Shown here in pieces: positions 12,677-24,254 of a DNA stretch of 64,000 bases (position 1 is its first letter; each line of letters opens with the position of its first letter). Both the position numbers and the translations under genes were made by a program. The notes under the pieces were generated by a model. The model saw only the letters and a list, made by a program, of their open reading frames with translations, was not told the origin of the DNA and did no database searches. Source of the stretch: Eledone cirrhosa (lineage: Eukaryota); contig OZ024765.1 in assembly GCA_964016885.1 (NCBI GenBank), positions 1,178,001-1,242,000 of the forward strand, read 5' to 3'.

Positions 12677-12759
12677 AGCTAATACGAGGAATTGAACTTT
12701 TGTCTGTCAGATACTGGCTAAGGACTTTGAACCTTATTTCTAAAATAATGACCCTTATT

Positions 12760-14019
12760 TTACCAACACATTACAAAGCTGAGTAACAAATAAATCTGTA
12801 AAATAAAAACTGGCCAAAAATTAGGATTAATATTTTCGTTGAAGTTCTGGAAAACTCCTAAAAGGACCGACAGAAATATTACAAGGCGCAAGAAAATTGT
12901 AACAAGTCCGGCTTTTTTCCTTTGTTTTTCTAATTTTGGAAATATTTCTAGTTCTTCAATTTCATAATAAGGATAACCAAAGAATGCACCAAAAAACGGC
13001 TGGAATTTAAAGCGCCATGTTTGGTGAAATTTGATTTTTTTCTTTTTAAACGACCGACGGTGTAAATTTTCCTGTTCGGATTCAATTCTGTTGAAGAAAT
13101 TTGAGAATTCCTTCATCGTCGGAAAATTGGTTTCTTCGTCTTTCATTTGTTCAAATACTTGACTTCCACGTTCGATACTTTTATTACAGTTCTGCAATTT
13201 GGAATAATGTCTATCAAGTTCATTAATAAGTTGGTTCTGCCAAAGATTAACTTTTTTCACTTGTTCATTGACGGAGGCTTGCACTTCATAAAGAAACTGG
13301 TCACGGGTAGCATAAATCTCCCCTAAAACTTCATCACGAGAGATCAAAATCTCATTTTTCACCAAATCAAGTTTCAAAAGTTGAACTTCAATTTGATTTT
13401 TTATAACTTCAAGATATTCAAACTCTTTTTCGGTCATTTCTTTAAACGTATTCAACATTTCTTTGAGCGGTTTAGTTTTATGTCGATAATGGTATTTGTA
13501 GTAACACTGAACACAAATATCTTTTGTACAGGTAACACAAAACACCTGTAAATTTTCACCGCTGTGTATCTGGCACTCTGCTTCCAAATATTCTTTATCT
13601 TCAGGGTTGTTCATTCGGAGAGGGACTAAAATGATATCGTTGGATTCCATGTGTAAAGTAAGATTATGTTTAGTTGCACATCTACTGCATAAATCCATGT
13701 CACATTTGCTGCAATTATATTTGGCGTAATGACTGTTTTGGGGACAAGAGTCACAGAGTTTCACAGTAATTGACGTCGTAATTTCTTCTTTAAGAGAATT
13801 AATAAGAAAATTACTTGGAAAATCTTGAGAGGCTGAAATGGTTGTACGACACTGTGGACAATGTATCAAACGCATGGAAGATGAATTTATTAACTGCTGC
13901 AGGCATTCGAAACAGATTGAATGCAGACAGGGTAATAATCTCGGATCTTCATATTCGTCAAGACACACAGGACAATTTAATAAACGTTCCCGGACACGGC
14001 GCAGCTTTGAGTTTTCCAT
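12760..14019 (-). CDS. TRIM/RBCC E3 ubiquitin ligase with C-terminal transmembrane segments (TRIM13/59-like architecture), 419 aa
   Basis: C3HC4 RING (CPVC..CLHSICFEC..CPQC), B-box1 (CDSC..CSKCDMDLCSRC..H), B-box2 (CQIH..CVTCTKDICVQC..H..H), coiled coil, two hydrophobic stretches at the C-terminus. Splice acceptor TTTTTTTACAG lies 1 nt before the ATG. Confidence 0.93.
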   Translation of the reverse strand: MENSKLRRVRERLLNCPVCLDEYEDPRLLPCLHSICFECLQQLINSSSMRLIHCPQCRTTISASQDFPSNFLINSLKEEITTSITVKLCDSCPQNSHYAKYNCSKCDMDLCSRCATKHNLTLHMESNDIILVPLRMNNPEDKEYLEAECQIHSGENLQVFCVTCTKDICVQCYYKYHYRHKTKPLKEMLNTFKEMTEKEFEYLEVIKNQIEVQLLKLDLVKNEILISRDEVLGEIYATRDQFLYEVQASVNEQVKKVNLWQNQLINELDRHYSKLQNCNKSIERGSQVFEQMKDEETNFPTMKEFSNFFNRIESEQENLHRRSFKKKKIKFHQTWRFKFQPFFGAFFGYPYYEIEELEIFPKLEKQRKKAGLVTIFLRLVIFLSVLLGVFQNFNENINPNFWPVFILQIYLLLSFVMCW

Positions 14020-14379
14020 GCTGTAAAAAAAATATATAATTGTAAAAACTATATTAGTATCGCTAAATTACAGGTAATTACAGGTAATTACAGAGAGGGG
14101 CAGAATTAGGAGAGAAAAAGTGTATATAAACCCACAAACGAAATTGGGTGAAAGCAGTAATTCTTTGCTTAAACTTTAATCTGTACTAATAATAAATATG
14201 CATACAGAAGATCCCGTTAAGGGTGAAAGCAGCGATTCTTTGCTTAAACTTTAATCTGTTATTTTAATAAATATTTGCTCTATGGTTTTTATATATTTGA
14301 TATATATTTATCCTTATCGAGCCCTCTTCGGATTTTAGTCTTCACATTTATTATTATTACTATATATATATATATAGTG

Positions 14380-14628
14380 CTCCAGCATGGTCATAGTAAA
14401 AGAAGGCAGTGCCCCCAGCATGGCCACAGTTTTATGACAGAAACTGGTAAAAGAATACAAGACTAAATCCCTTCAAGGCAGTGCCCCAGCATGGCCCCTG
14501 TCTAATGACTGAAACCAGTAAAAAAAAGGCAGTGCCCCAGCATGGCCACAGTCTAATTACTGAAACCAGTTTAAGAAAAAAAAAAAAGCCACTGCCCCAG
14601 CATGGCCACAGTCTAATGACTGAAAAAA
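14380..14628 (+). repeat. About 5 tandem copies of a ~50-bp SINE-tail-like unit
   Basis: AAGGCAGTGCCCCAGCATGGCCACAGTCTAATGACTGAAACCAGT followed by an A-run, repeated. Confidence 0.75.
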
Positions 14629-14691
14629 CATAAAAGTACTTTTAAAATTTTTAAATAAAACTATATAAATAAAAGCTGGGTTTTTTTTTAC

Positions 14692-14880
14692 CTAGAGGAT
14701 CTGTAGTCCGACAAACCCAGATAAATCCTTTAGTATCCCTTGTAAGGGGTTTCTCGGCTTCTATCCCTATTTTTGTACGCTTCCAGAGGGTTTTTTTAAG
14801 AGGGGAGGGTCTTACTATATTCCTTTACATGGGAGCAACTACATTTCAAACTTCACCAAACTTTCAGCTCGAATAAATTA
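14692..14880 (-). other. Putative 5'UTR exon of the TRIM gene
   Basis: Minus-strand donor-like CTCTAG|GTAAAA at 14691 next to a unique, more GC-rich stretch. The acceptor before the ATG implies an upstream exon. The 5' boundary is uncertain. Confidence 0.4.
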
Positions 14881-14938
14881 GATCTCAACGGCTTTATATG
14901 TGTATGTATATATTTATATATATATATTTACAGACACA

Positions 14939-15264
14939 CAGTGTTGCCCTAAAATGTATACACACTTCAACAGTATTCTAATAAATATTGCCTGTACAAG
15001 TAATCAAAGTGTGTATGCATTTTTGGGACACCCTTTATGCATATATACATATATAATAACTAGAGATTGATTAACCTATAAATAAACATGAATAATTTTT
15101 ACATATATGTGTGTGTGTGTGTATGTGTTAAGTATTTCTATATATATATATATATAAGAATTAAAATACTAGAGTGTGTTGGAGTTAAACACCCTCTTCA
15201 TATTATAGAAATGACAGTATAAGATATAGCTCAATGTAATTAAACAGAGCCGAAGAATTTAAAT

Positions 15265-15301
<37 letters not shown>

Positions 15302-15655
15302 TTCGTTTTTGAATTTGTTTTAAATTTATTGCCAGCATGACCCCCCCCCCCCCAAGTATGTGTATATATGTATATATATATATACATATATATATATAAG
15401 CTCGGCACTGACTCCTAATAAAGAGAGAATCCCAACTGTTTCAATATATTTCAGCCGTTACTATCAGCTATTGGCGTCGTTCTAGATAATGACCACCCAC
15501 ACAAATATTTCTTTCTACTACAACAGAAAATAAATAACGAACAATTTCAAATTGTATATATACATGCAGGGTGTCCTAAAAAATGTATACATACTTCAAA
15601 AACCTTGGTAATCAAAATGTGTATACATTTTTCGGGGACACCCTATGTATGTGTT

Positions 15656-15697
<42 letters not shown>

Positions 15698-15936
15698 CAT
15701 ACAGGGTGTCCCCTAGAAATATAAACACACTTCTGGAGCATTATAATAAGTATTGACTGTACAGCTAATTAAATTGTGTATATATTTTTGTGGGACACCC
15801 TGTATATACTTGTATATATATATATGTATATACAGGGTGTCCCCAAAAATGTATACACACTTCAACAGAATTCTAATAAATATAGATAGCCTGTACAGGT
15901 AATTAAAGTGTGTATATATTTTTGTGGGACACCCTG
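14939..15936. mobile_element. Cluster of four ~80-105-bp Tc1/mariner-type MITEs
   Basis: TA|CAGGGTGTCCC..AAAATGTATACACACTT ... GGGACACCCTG|TA at 14939-15035, 15567-15645, 15702-15802 and 15833-15936. Confidence 0.8.
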
Positions 15937-17696
15937 TATAAAAATTAGTGTTTATATTTTCATTCTAAAACCATTATTATTATTGTATCCATAATAATAA
16001 TAATGGTTTCTGATTTAGGCCCGAGGCCAGCAATTTGGGGGATGGGCAAAGTTAATTAAATCTACCCCAGTGCGTGACAGGTGCTTTATTTTATCGAACA
16101 CTTGCTGTCGTACCGCTAGTTTACGGGACATAAACACACAACATATACTAGTAATGTGGGTGGGTGTGTCTATGTATGTATATATATATGTGGTAAGGAA
16201 CCAGGTGGAACCAGAGTACTCGATACTTAGGGTAGTAGAGTGGGTAATGGATTGGATCTCGCTGTCGAAACGGCCAGAGCTCAGCCGTCGGGGTCCTGAC
16301 TCTTTTCCTATATATATATATATATAAAGTATAGCTATATGTAAAATATATATATTGTGGCTAATAATAAACAATCTTTGTTTGTCATTTACATTATATA
16401 TACACACATATATACACTCACACACATACATGTCTCTCTCTCTCTCGATATATATACACACGTGTATGTCTCTCTCTCTCGCTGTATATATATATATATA
16501 TGTGTGTGTGTGTATGTATATATATATATATGTGTGTGTGTGTATGTATATATATATATATATGTGTGTGTGTATGTATGTATATATATATATATATATG
16601 TGTGTGTGTATATATATATATGTGTGTGCGTGTATAATTATATTTACCTGTCTGCGAGAACTGTGGGGGTTGGTTGTTATTATTTCAGAAACTGTTTCCG
16701 TTTATCAATCCCTCAATATATCGATATTATCATCATGGTTTATAAAACATGTTGAAACGATCGTAAAGTAAAAAAAAATAATGAACTATTTTAAACTATC
16801 TAAGCACTAAACCTCACTGTTGTTTTCGTTGTATAAACTATATTAAGTTAGGCATGGCCTGGGCCAATACTCGCCGAAACCTATCAAAGTTTTATACAAA
16901 GGAAGTTAAGAAGAAGCAAAGCCACAAAGTTATCCCAGGCAAAACAGGGATAAATACTAGATGGTAGTATGGTAGTATTATTTAAAAATAAACATGCACA
17001 CACACAAAATAAATTCTTGCTTGAAATTTTAATATCTATATAAGAAGTTCTCAGTGTGGGCGTCACCGTCCCACGGACGGGCATCGAGAAGGCCCAGTGG
17101 TCGTCGGGACCTATGGGGTGTTAGGCATGATATAATAGTACAGGGTGGTCCGAAAATCTTGTCACCCCCTACCAAAAAGAAAATTATATTATTATTATTA
17201 TTATATATTATAAGAAAATTATATTGTTATTATTAACCACAAGGGTTGACACAAAGTATAACATTAAGGATAACACAGGACGGTACAAATGGGCATTTCT
17301 GCGTGTAAACAAAAACAAAAGCAGAGGATGTAACAACAAAAAAAGAAACAATTAAAAATTCCCCGATATGGGGGGGGGGGAGACTTCCGAGGGTCACTCG
17401 TGGAGAAAGCCCACAAAAAAGCCACGGTTACCTTGACCGCTAGGGCAAGTGCCCTCTTCCAGTTTTCCTCCTACGATGCTACAGGCACACGCTCAGTGTA
17501 GGCCGCTTCACATGGGCCATGCTTGCCTCTCTCACCCACCTTTCAACAAACTGGCTGGAGGTCAGCACTTCCCTCTCCACCCTCATTTTCCTTTTCAGGT
17601 GAAACCTGAAAAAGTTAATGAAAGCGTCAACGAATAGGAAAGTACCCGTCTTCATAATAATTAATGATATATATTATATTATTAAAATTAAAAAAA

Positions 17697-18110
17697 TAAT
17701 TGTTTCTACTTTTGACACAAGGCCAGCAATTACCTCAGTGTATTACTGGTACTTTATTTTATCGACCCCGTAATAATTGTTTCTACTTTTGGCACAAGGC
17801 CAGCAATTACCCCAGTGTATTACTGGTACTTTATTTTATCGACCCCGTAATAATTGTTTCTACTTTTGGCACAAGGCCAGCAATTACCCCAGTGTATTAC
17901 TGGTACTTTATTTTATCGACCCCGTAATAATTGTTTCTACTTTTGGCACAAGGCCAGCAATTACCCCAGTGTATTACTGGTACTTTATTTTATCGACTAC
18001 AAAAGGATGAAAGGCAAAGTTAACCTCGGCGAGATTTGAACTCAGACCGTAACTCTCTGCTGCAAAGCACGGCGTCCGACACTACCAATACTGCCAATCC
18101 ACTGCCCTTT
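17697..18110 (-). mobile_element. Meta-domain-like SINE with its 3' 77 bp repeated four times
   Basis: 77-bp period at 17697-17997, then the SINE body (AAGGATGAAAGGCAAAGTTAACCTCGGCGAGATTTGAACTCAG). Confidence 0.8.
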
Positions 18111-18907
18111 GCTCTAAATAGATATGACAACAAAACACACATAAGATATTCTTGCTTGAAATTACCCCATTGACCTTCCATATAATATATACCTGGCCTT
18201 ACCCCATTGGTCTTCCGTTTAATATACTCCTGACCTTATCTTTGTTGTTGCTTTTGTTAATATTTTCCATATTAAATCTGTATTAAATATTTAAGTATTA
18301 TATATCTATAGTATTGTAAAAAATATGTTTGATCTTCGTCTTTTTATTTTATATGTTTAATGAAATAAAGAAGGAAAACAAGATATTTTACGAAACTAAC
18401 AATGTTGCTTTAATATATTAAACTCTTCGTTTTCCATCTATTGACTCCTTCCATTCCAGTTTTTGTTATTCCCCACATTCTGACTTCATCAGAAAGACAA
18501 GGTTTGTATTATTTAATTCCACTTTAATGTCAGATTTAAGTCATAATTATTTTTATTTCTACCATGTAAGCATGTGATAGGTTTTCATGTTGTTAATCAG
18601 ACATCGATATTAAGTCTCTATTCAACTATATAGTCTTAAATTATCGATTAAACAGAATATAATCAGCTTGTGTGTGTGTGCATAAATTATATATGCAAGG
18701 TGTCCTCCCCAAAATGTATACACGGTTTGATTACCTGTACAGGCAATATTTATTTCACAAAAATAAAATGATCTACAGACATAATTTAATTGTATGTAAA
18801 CACCCCAGAATGTTTACTTAATTTAAATAATGCATATTAAACAATCTATTTTAATGTATTTTAATTTTTTTTGCTGTCGTAGTGTGTATTTTGGGGGACA
18901 CCCTGTG

Positions 18908-18939
<32 letters not shown>

Positions 18940-19165
18940 CCTTACAGAGTGAACTGCGTGTTTTTTTATTGTTGTGGCACCAATACGATCACATTTACAG
19001 AGTGGACTGGGTGTATTTTATCATGATACCAGCAAGAGTACTTCACAGAGTGTACTGGGTGTTTTTATGTCACCAGCACTACCGCCTTACAGAGTGGACT
19101 GGGTGTATTTTATTATGCTACCAACATTACCACCTTACAGAGTGTACTGGATGTATTTTATCATG
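18940..19165 (-). repeat. Degenerate ~48-bp tandem repeat (about 5 copies)
   Basis: TTACAGAGTG(G/T)ACTGGGTGT.TTTT recurs. It is a reverse-complement relative of the 4322-5265 unit. Confidence 0.7.
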
Positions 19166-19232
19166 TCATGTGAGAATTCTGGCCGGATACAGCCAGTTTA
19201 AATGCTAAAGGGTTAAATAAATAACACTTTAA

Positions 19233-20051
19233 CCCTTTAGCATTTAAACTGGCCAGAATTCTCTCACCTCTTTCTGTTCAAACCAACTGTAACTAGCCAC
19301 GCCTACTAATGTTTAGGTATTGTTCTCAAAATAAATAACATCAAATTTTCATAGATCCAGTATTATGTGAGATAAATTGTTTACCATGAAAATACAATAG
19401 TATATATAGAGTAATGTAAATGTTATGTGAGATATTATGTGATGTAAAGCCTTTACTGTGAAAATACAATAGTATATATAGAGTAATGTAAATGTTATGT
19501 GAGATATTGTGAGGTAAAAGCCTTTACTGTGAAAATACAATAGTATATATAGAGTAATGTAAATGTTATGTGAGATATTGTGAGGTAAAAGCCTTTACTG
19601 TGAAAATACAATAGTATATATAGAGTAATGTAAATGTTATGTGAGGTAAAGCCTTTACTGTGAAAATACAATAGTATATATAGAGTAATGTAAATGTTAT
19701 GTGAGATATTATGTGAGGTAAAGCCTTTACTGTGAAAATACAATAGTATATATAGAGTAATGTAAATGTTATGTGAGATATTGTGAGGTAAAAGCCTTTA
19801 CTGTGAAAATACAATAGTATATATAGAGTAATGTAAATGTTATGTGAGGTAAAGCCTTTACTGTGAAAATACAATAGTATATATAGAGTAATGTAAATGT
19901 TATGTGAGATATTATGTGAGGTAAAGCCTTTACTGTGAAAATACAATAGTATATGTAGAGTAATGTAAATGTTATGTGAGATATTATGTGAGGTAAAGCC
20001 TTTACTGTGAAAATACAATAGTATATATAGAGTAATGTAAATGTTAAAGGG
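19233..20051. mobile_element. piggyBac-type MITE expanded by about 10 internal 60/72-bp repeats
   Basis: TTAA|CCCTTTAGCATTTA ... TAAATGTTAAAGGG|TTAA with an internal tandem array. Confidence 0.88.
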
Positions 20052-20505
20052 TTAAACCAGCTTTAAATATACTTATTATCTTATACTGTTTCTCTATTAT
20101 TTCAGAATACCAGATGAGACCAACATTAAAGTGTTTTCAACACCAGAAACATCAATATTTATTTTTCATCTTTTAAAGACAGAACACATATAACCCTGTC
20201 TATTAAATCTATAATTTACTGTGAAATATTTCATTTGAACTGAGATTATTTCCAACATTTCTCTACTGTCTGGAATGTGTTGAAGTTGATTTTATATTCT
20301 GACTAAACTTGGATAAATTTACAAAGGAGTTTGCAACATCTTCTGACATCAAGATCAAAGTTGATTGAAATAGAGAAGACAGAAGAATTCTTAAGAATAA
20401 ACTATCGAAACCAAAATAAGAAAATTTACATATTTTTGAGAAAGGAGAAATTTTTGGTACAGAAGAACTTGTTAAGACTGAACAGATTATATTTTTCCTG
20501 AAGAG

Positions 20506-22149
20506 ATGGCAAATGAGCAAGAGAAATCACCAGACCACTGCAATGACTCTAAAACATCACTCTTTCATAAACTTAACTTAACTGAGCACAAGATTATTCA
20601 TACTGGAGAGAAACCGTATCACTGTAATATCTGTGATAAATCATTCTCTAGTAGTGAATTGGCTAGCCACACATGTGCGCATACAGAAGAGAAACCATGT
20701 CTCAGTGATATCTCTGGTAAACCATTCTCTCAAAGTAGTGAATTGACTGTGGACACCCTTGCGCATGCAGATGAGAAACCAAATCTCAGTGATATCTCTG
20801 GTAAACCATTCTCTCAAAGTAGTGAATTGACTGTTGACACACTAACACATACAGGAGAGAAACTACAGCACAGTGATATCAGTGGTAAATCATTCTCTCA
20901 AAGTAGTAAATTGACTAACACACTTACACGTACAGGAGAGAAAGCGCATCACTGCGATATCTGTGGTAAATCATTTTCTACAAGAAGTATATTGACTCGT
21001 CACAAACATACGCACACAGGAGAGAAACCATATCATTGTAATATCTGTGGTAAATCATACACTAGAAGTAGTGACTTAACTATTCACATGCGTACACATA
21101 CAGGAGAGAAACCATATCACTGTAATATCTGTGGTAGATCATTTTCTAAAAGTAGTCTCTTAGCTGATCACAAGCGTGTTCATACAGGAGAGAAACCATA
21201 TCTCTGTGATATCTGCGATAAATCATTCGCTCAAAGTAGTGAATTGATTATTCACACACGTATACATACAGGAGAGAAACCATATCAGTGTGATATCTGT
21301 GATAAATCATTCTCTAAAAGTTATTTCTTGACTGTTCACACTCGTACACATACAGGAGAAAAACCATATCACTGCGATATCTGTGATAAATCATTTTCTA
21401 CAACAAGTATATTGACTCGTCACAAACATACGCATACAGGAGAGAAACCATATCACTGTAATATCTGCGATAAATCATTTTCTACAAGTGGTAACTTGAC
21501 TGTTCACATGCGTACACATACAGGAGAGAAACCATATCACTGCGATATCTGTGATAAATCATTCTCTGCAAAAAGTAACTTGTCTGATCACACACGTATT
21601 CATACAGGTGAGAGACCATATCACTGTGATATCTGTGGTAAATCATTCTCTACTAAATGTAACTTGGCTGATCACACACGTATTCATACAGGAGAGAAAC
21701 CATATCACTGTAATATCTGTGAAAAATCATTCTTTCAAAGTAGTTCCTTAACTTCTCACATACGTACACATACAGGAGAGAAACCATATCACTGCGATAT
21801 CTGTGATAAATCATTCTCTGGAAGTAATCAGCTAACTTCTCACACACGTATACATACAGGAGAGAGGCCATATCACTGTGATATCTGTGGTAAATCATTC
21901 TTTCAAAGTAGTTCCTTAACTACTCACACACGAATTCATACAGGAGTGAAACCATATCGCTGTGATCTCTGTGGTAAATCATTTGCTCAAAGTATAAGTT
22001 TAACTACTCACACACGCAGTCATACAGGGGAGAAGCCATATCACTGTGATATCTGTGGTAAATCATTTACTCAAAGTAATAAATTGACTGTTCACAAACG
22101 TTCTCATACAGGCGAGAAACCATATCATTCTGTCATGTTCAAGCCTTAA
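20506..22149 (+). CDS. Tandem C2H2 zinc-finger protein, 547 aa
   Basis: 14 canonical CxxC-x12-HxxxH fingers with TGEKPY linkers, preceded by about 5 degenerate fingers. Likely acceptor TTTCAG at 20105. Confidence 0.95.
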   Translation: MANEQEKSPDHCNDSKTSLFHKLNLTEHKIIHTGEKPYHCNICDKSFSSSELASHTCAHTEEKPCLSDISGKPFSQSSELTVDTLAHADEKPNLSDISGKPFSQSSELTVDTLTHTGEKLQHSDISGKSFSQSSKLTNTLTRTGEKAHHCDICGKSFSTRSILTRHKHTHTGEKPYHCNICGKSYTRSSDLTIHMRTHTGEKPYHCNICGRSFSKSSLLADHKRVHTGEKPYLCDICDKSFAQSSELIIHTRIHTGEKPYQCDICDKSFSKSYFLTVHTRTHTGEKPYHCDICDKSFSTTSILTRHKHTHTGEKPYHCNICDKSFSTSGNLTVHMRTHTGEKPYHCDICDKSFSAKSNLSDHTRIHTGERPYHCDICGKSFSTKCNLADHTRIHTGEKPYHCNICEKSFFQSSSLTSHIRTHTGEKPYHCDICDKSFSGSNQLTSHTRIHTGERPYHCDICGKSFFQSSSLTTHTRIHTGVKPYRCDLCGKSFAQSISLTTHTRSHTGEKPYHCDICGKSFTQSNKLTVHKRSHTGEKPYHSVMFKP

Positions 22150-22385
22150 CTAATCACAAAAGTATTCATACAGGTGAGAAATAATATCACTGTGATATCT
22201 GGTAAATCATTTTCTGAAAATGGTCACTTAACAACAATAAAACTATTCACCTATAGGTCTACAACTGATGAAGTCATGTTGGTAGTGCTGGTAGCATTGC
22301 ACCACAGAAATACATATTACAGTGGATTATGAAATAAAATGAATTAAGAATATCTGCATTTAGCCTTCACATTTGTATCATTATT

Positions 22386-22922
22386 GCGGTGAATTGGCAG
22401 TATCGGGAGAGGGTTGGACGCCATGCTTTCTAGCATAGTTACGTCCCTTTACAGTCTGAGTTCAAATCCCGCCGAGGTTAACTTTGCCTTTCATCCTTAC
22501 GGGGTCGATAAAATAAAGTACCAGTAATCATCATCATCATCATCATTTTACGTCCACTTTTCCCTGCTTGCAAGGGTGGGACGGGAACTGATTCTGGCTT
22601 GATTTCTACAGCTGGATGCCCTTCCTAACACCAACCTCATTTACAGTGAGTGCTGGGTGCTTTTTTTTTTGCCGTGGCACCTGCACGACCATTTTGCAGT
22701 GGAATGATAGGGACCCCAATCCCTATCATCTCATTTCTACAGCTGAGTAAACTGGAGCAATGTGAAATAAAGTGTCTTGCTCAAGGAAACAACACATCAC
22801 CTGGTCTGAGAATTGAACTCACAACCTTCGATTGCAAGGCCAATGCTCTAACCACTAAGCCATGCGCCTCCTAATGTACTGGGTAATTGCTGGCCTTGTG
22901 CCTAAAGTAGAAACAATTATTG
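22386..22922 (+). mobile_element. Meta-domain-like tRNA SINE interrupted by a CORE-type SINE
   Basis: B-box GAGTTCAAATCC, then GCCTTTCATCCTTACGGGGTCGATAAAATAAAGTACC. The element resumes at 22872. Uninterrupted copies at 24340-24475 and 28100-28262. Confidence 0.8.
22529..22871 (-). mobile_element. Full-length CORE-type SINE (nested)
   Basis: Near-identical to 107-447, with an (ATG)n tail, flanked by TAAT on both sides. Confidence 0.88.
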
Positions 22923-23038
22923 TATATATGTATACACATTCTATCGTTCCTCGAGCTGATCGTCAATGAAACATATATAATATGTGATTAAATATGTATA
23001 TGATGCAACACTGATTCTTTGTTCCCTATTTATTATTT

Positions 23039-23081
<43 letters not shown>

Positions 23082-23141
23082 GTATGTATATATATATATA
23101 TATACACACATATGTATGTATGTGTGTAGCATCATCATCAT

Positions 23142-23920
23142 ACGAGGCTTGGCTGTAAAGTTCATTGGCTGACTATGATGGGGTGATACCAAAGCTGTGA
23201 AATCTTGCATGCATTAATTTCAACTCTTCTTAACCCTTTAGCATTTACATTACTCTATATATATTATTGTATTTTTACAGTAAAGGCTTTACCTCACATA
23301 ATATTTACATTACTCTATATATACTATTGTATTTTCACAGTAAAAGCTTTATCTCACATAACATTTACATTACTCTATATATACTATTGTATTTTCATGG
23401 TAAAGGCTTTATCTTACTCAATTATTTCACATAATATTGAATCTACGAGATTTTGAGATTATTTATTTTGAGAACAATACCTTAACATAAGTATGAGCAG
23501 CCAGTTTTGAAAACAAAGAGGTGAGAGAATTTTGGCCGGATATGGCCAGTTTAAATGCTAAAGGGTTTATAACTTCAAATGTGTGTATATATATATATGA
23601 ATGTGTGCGTATATATATATATGAATGTGTGCGTATATATATATATATATATGAATGTGTGCGTATATATATATATGAATCTCTTGAAAATGGACAAAAT
23701 TTGACATCGGGGTATTATCAAATACCTGTAGAAAAAAGGTTTAACCCCAAAGGACATTCATGCTGACATGGTTGCTACATTACGGGGTCATGCTCCAGCT
23801 TTATCAACAGTGCAAAAGTGGACAGCTGAATTAAGGAGAGAGTCTTGAAGATAGCCCAAGGTCTGGATGTCCTGCAACTTCCACCATCGAGGACAGCAAT
23901 GATTATGTTTACCAAGATGG
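23142..23920 (+). pseudogene. Mariner transposon relic (N-terminal transposase)
   Basis: From 23690: MDKI*HRGIIKYL*KKGLTPKDIHADMVATLRGHAPALSTVQKW, then after a frameshift ESLEDSPRSGCP (mariner HTH and the EDxPRSGRP motif). TA|CGAGG TIR-like start at 23142. Confidence 0.75.
23234..23565. mobile_element. piggyBac-type MITE (reverse orientation, 3 internal repeats)
   Basis: TTAA|CCCTTTAGCATTTA ... TAAATGCTAAAGGG|TTTA. Confidence 0.82.
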
Positions 23921-23973
23921 AATCAAAAGATATATACACAATATACTGTGTCTTCTCTGGATATATGGTTCTT

Positions 23974-24006
<33 letters not shown>

Positions 24007-24215
24007 GGAAGGGATATATTAGGTTAACGCTTGATATTGCAGGAAGAGGGTCTTAACGTTTCGGACGCTAGTCTTTTATCAGAAGAAAGAATGAAAAACA
24101 AGATAGATTGAGGGGACGGGTGGGATGGAATTGGAAAATCTAAGCTACTCAGCCGATGTGTACTTTAGAAAATACTATATATTTCCAACTGTTCAACAGA
24201 TTGGCAGAGGTATAA

Positions 24216-24254
24216 AGTCCTGATGAAGGGAAATGACCCAGAAACATGTTGATT
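24216..24254 (+). ncRNA. Minimal type I hammerhead motif
   Basis: AGTC-CTGATGA-aGGGaaatgaCCCa-GAAA-CATG-TT-GATT, with palindromic ACATGT in place of stem III. Confidence 0.55.

Noticed and set aside
16200-16310. Segment similar to 39-100 (GAAA..GAGCTC.GCC.TCGGGGTC.TGA)
   Set aside because: Probably a truncated repeat end. It lacks the CUGANGA core, so it is not called as a ribozyme.
22260-22325. CTGATGA...GAAA hammerhead candidate in the ZNF 3' region
   Set aside because: No convincing stem I or stem II closure.
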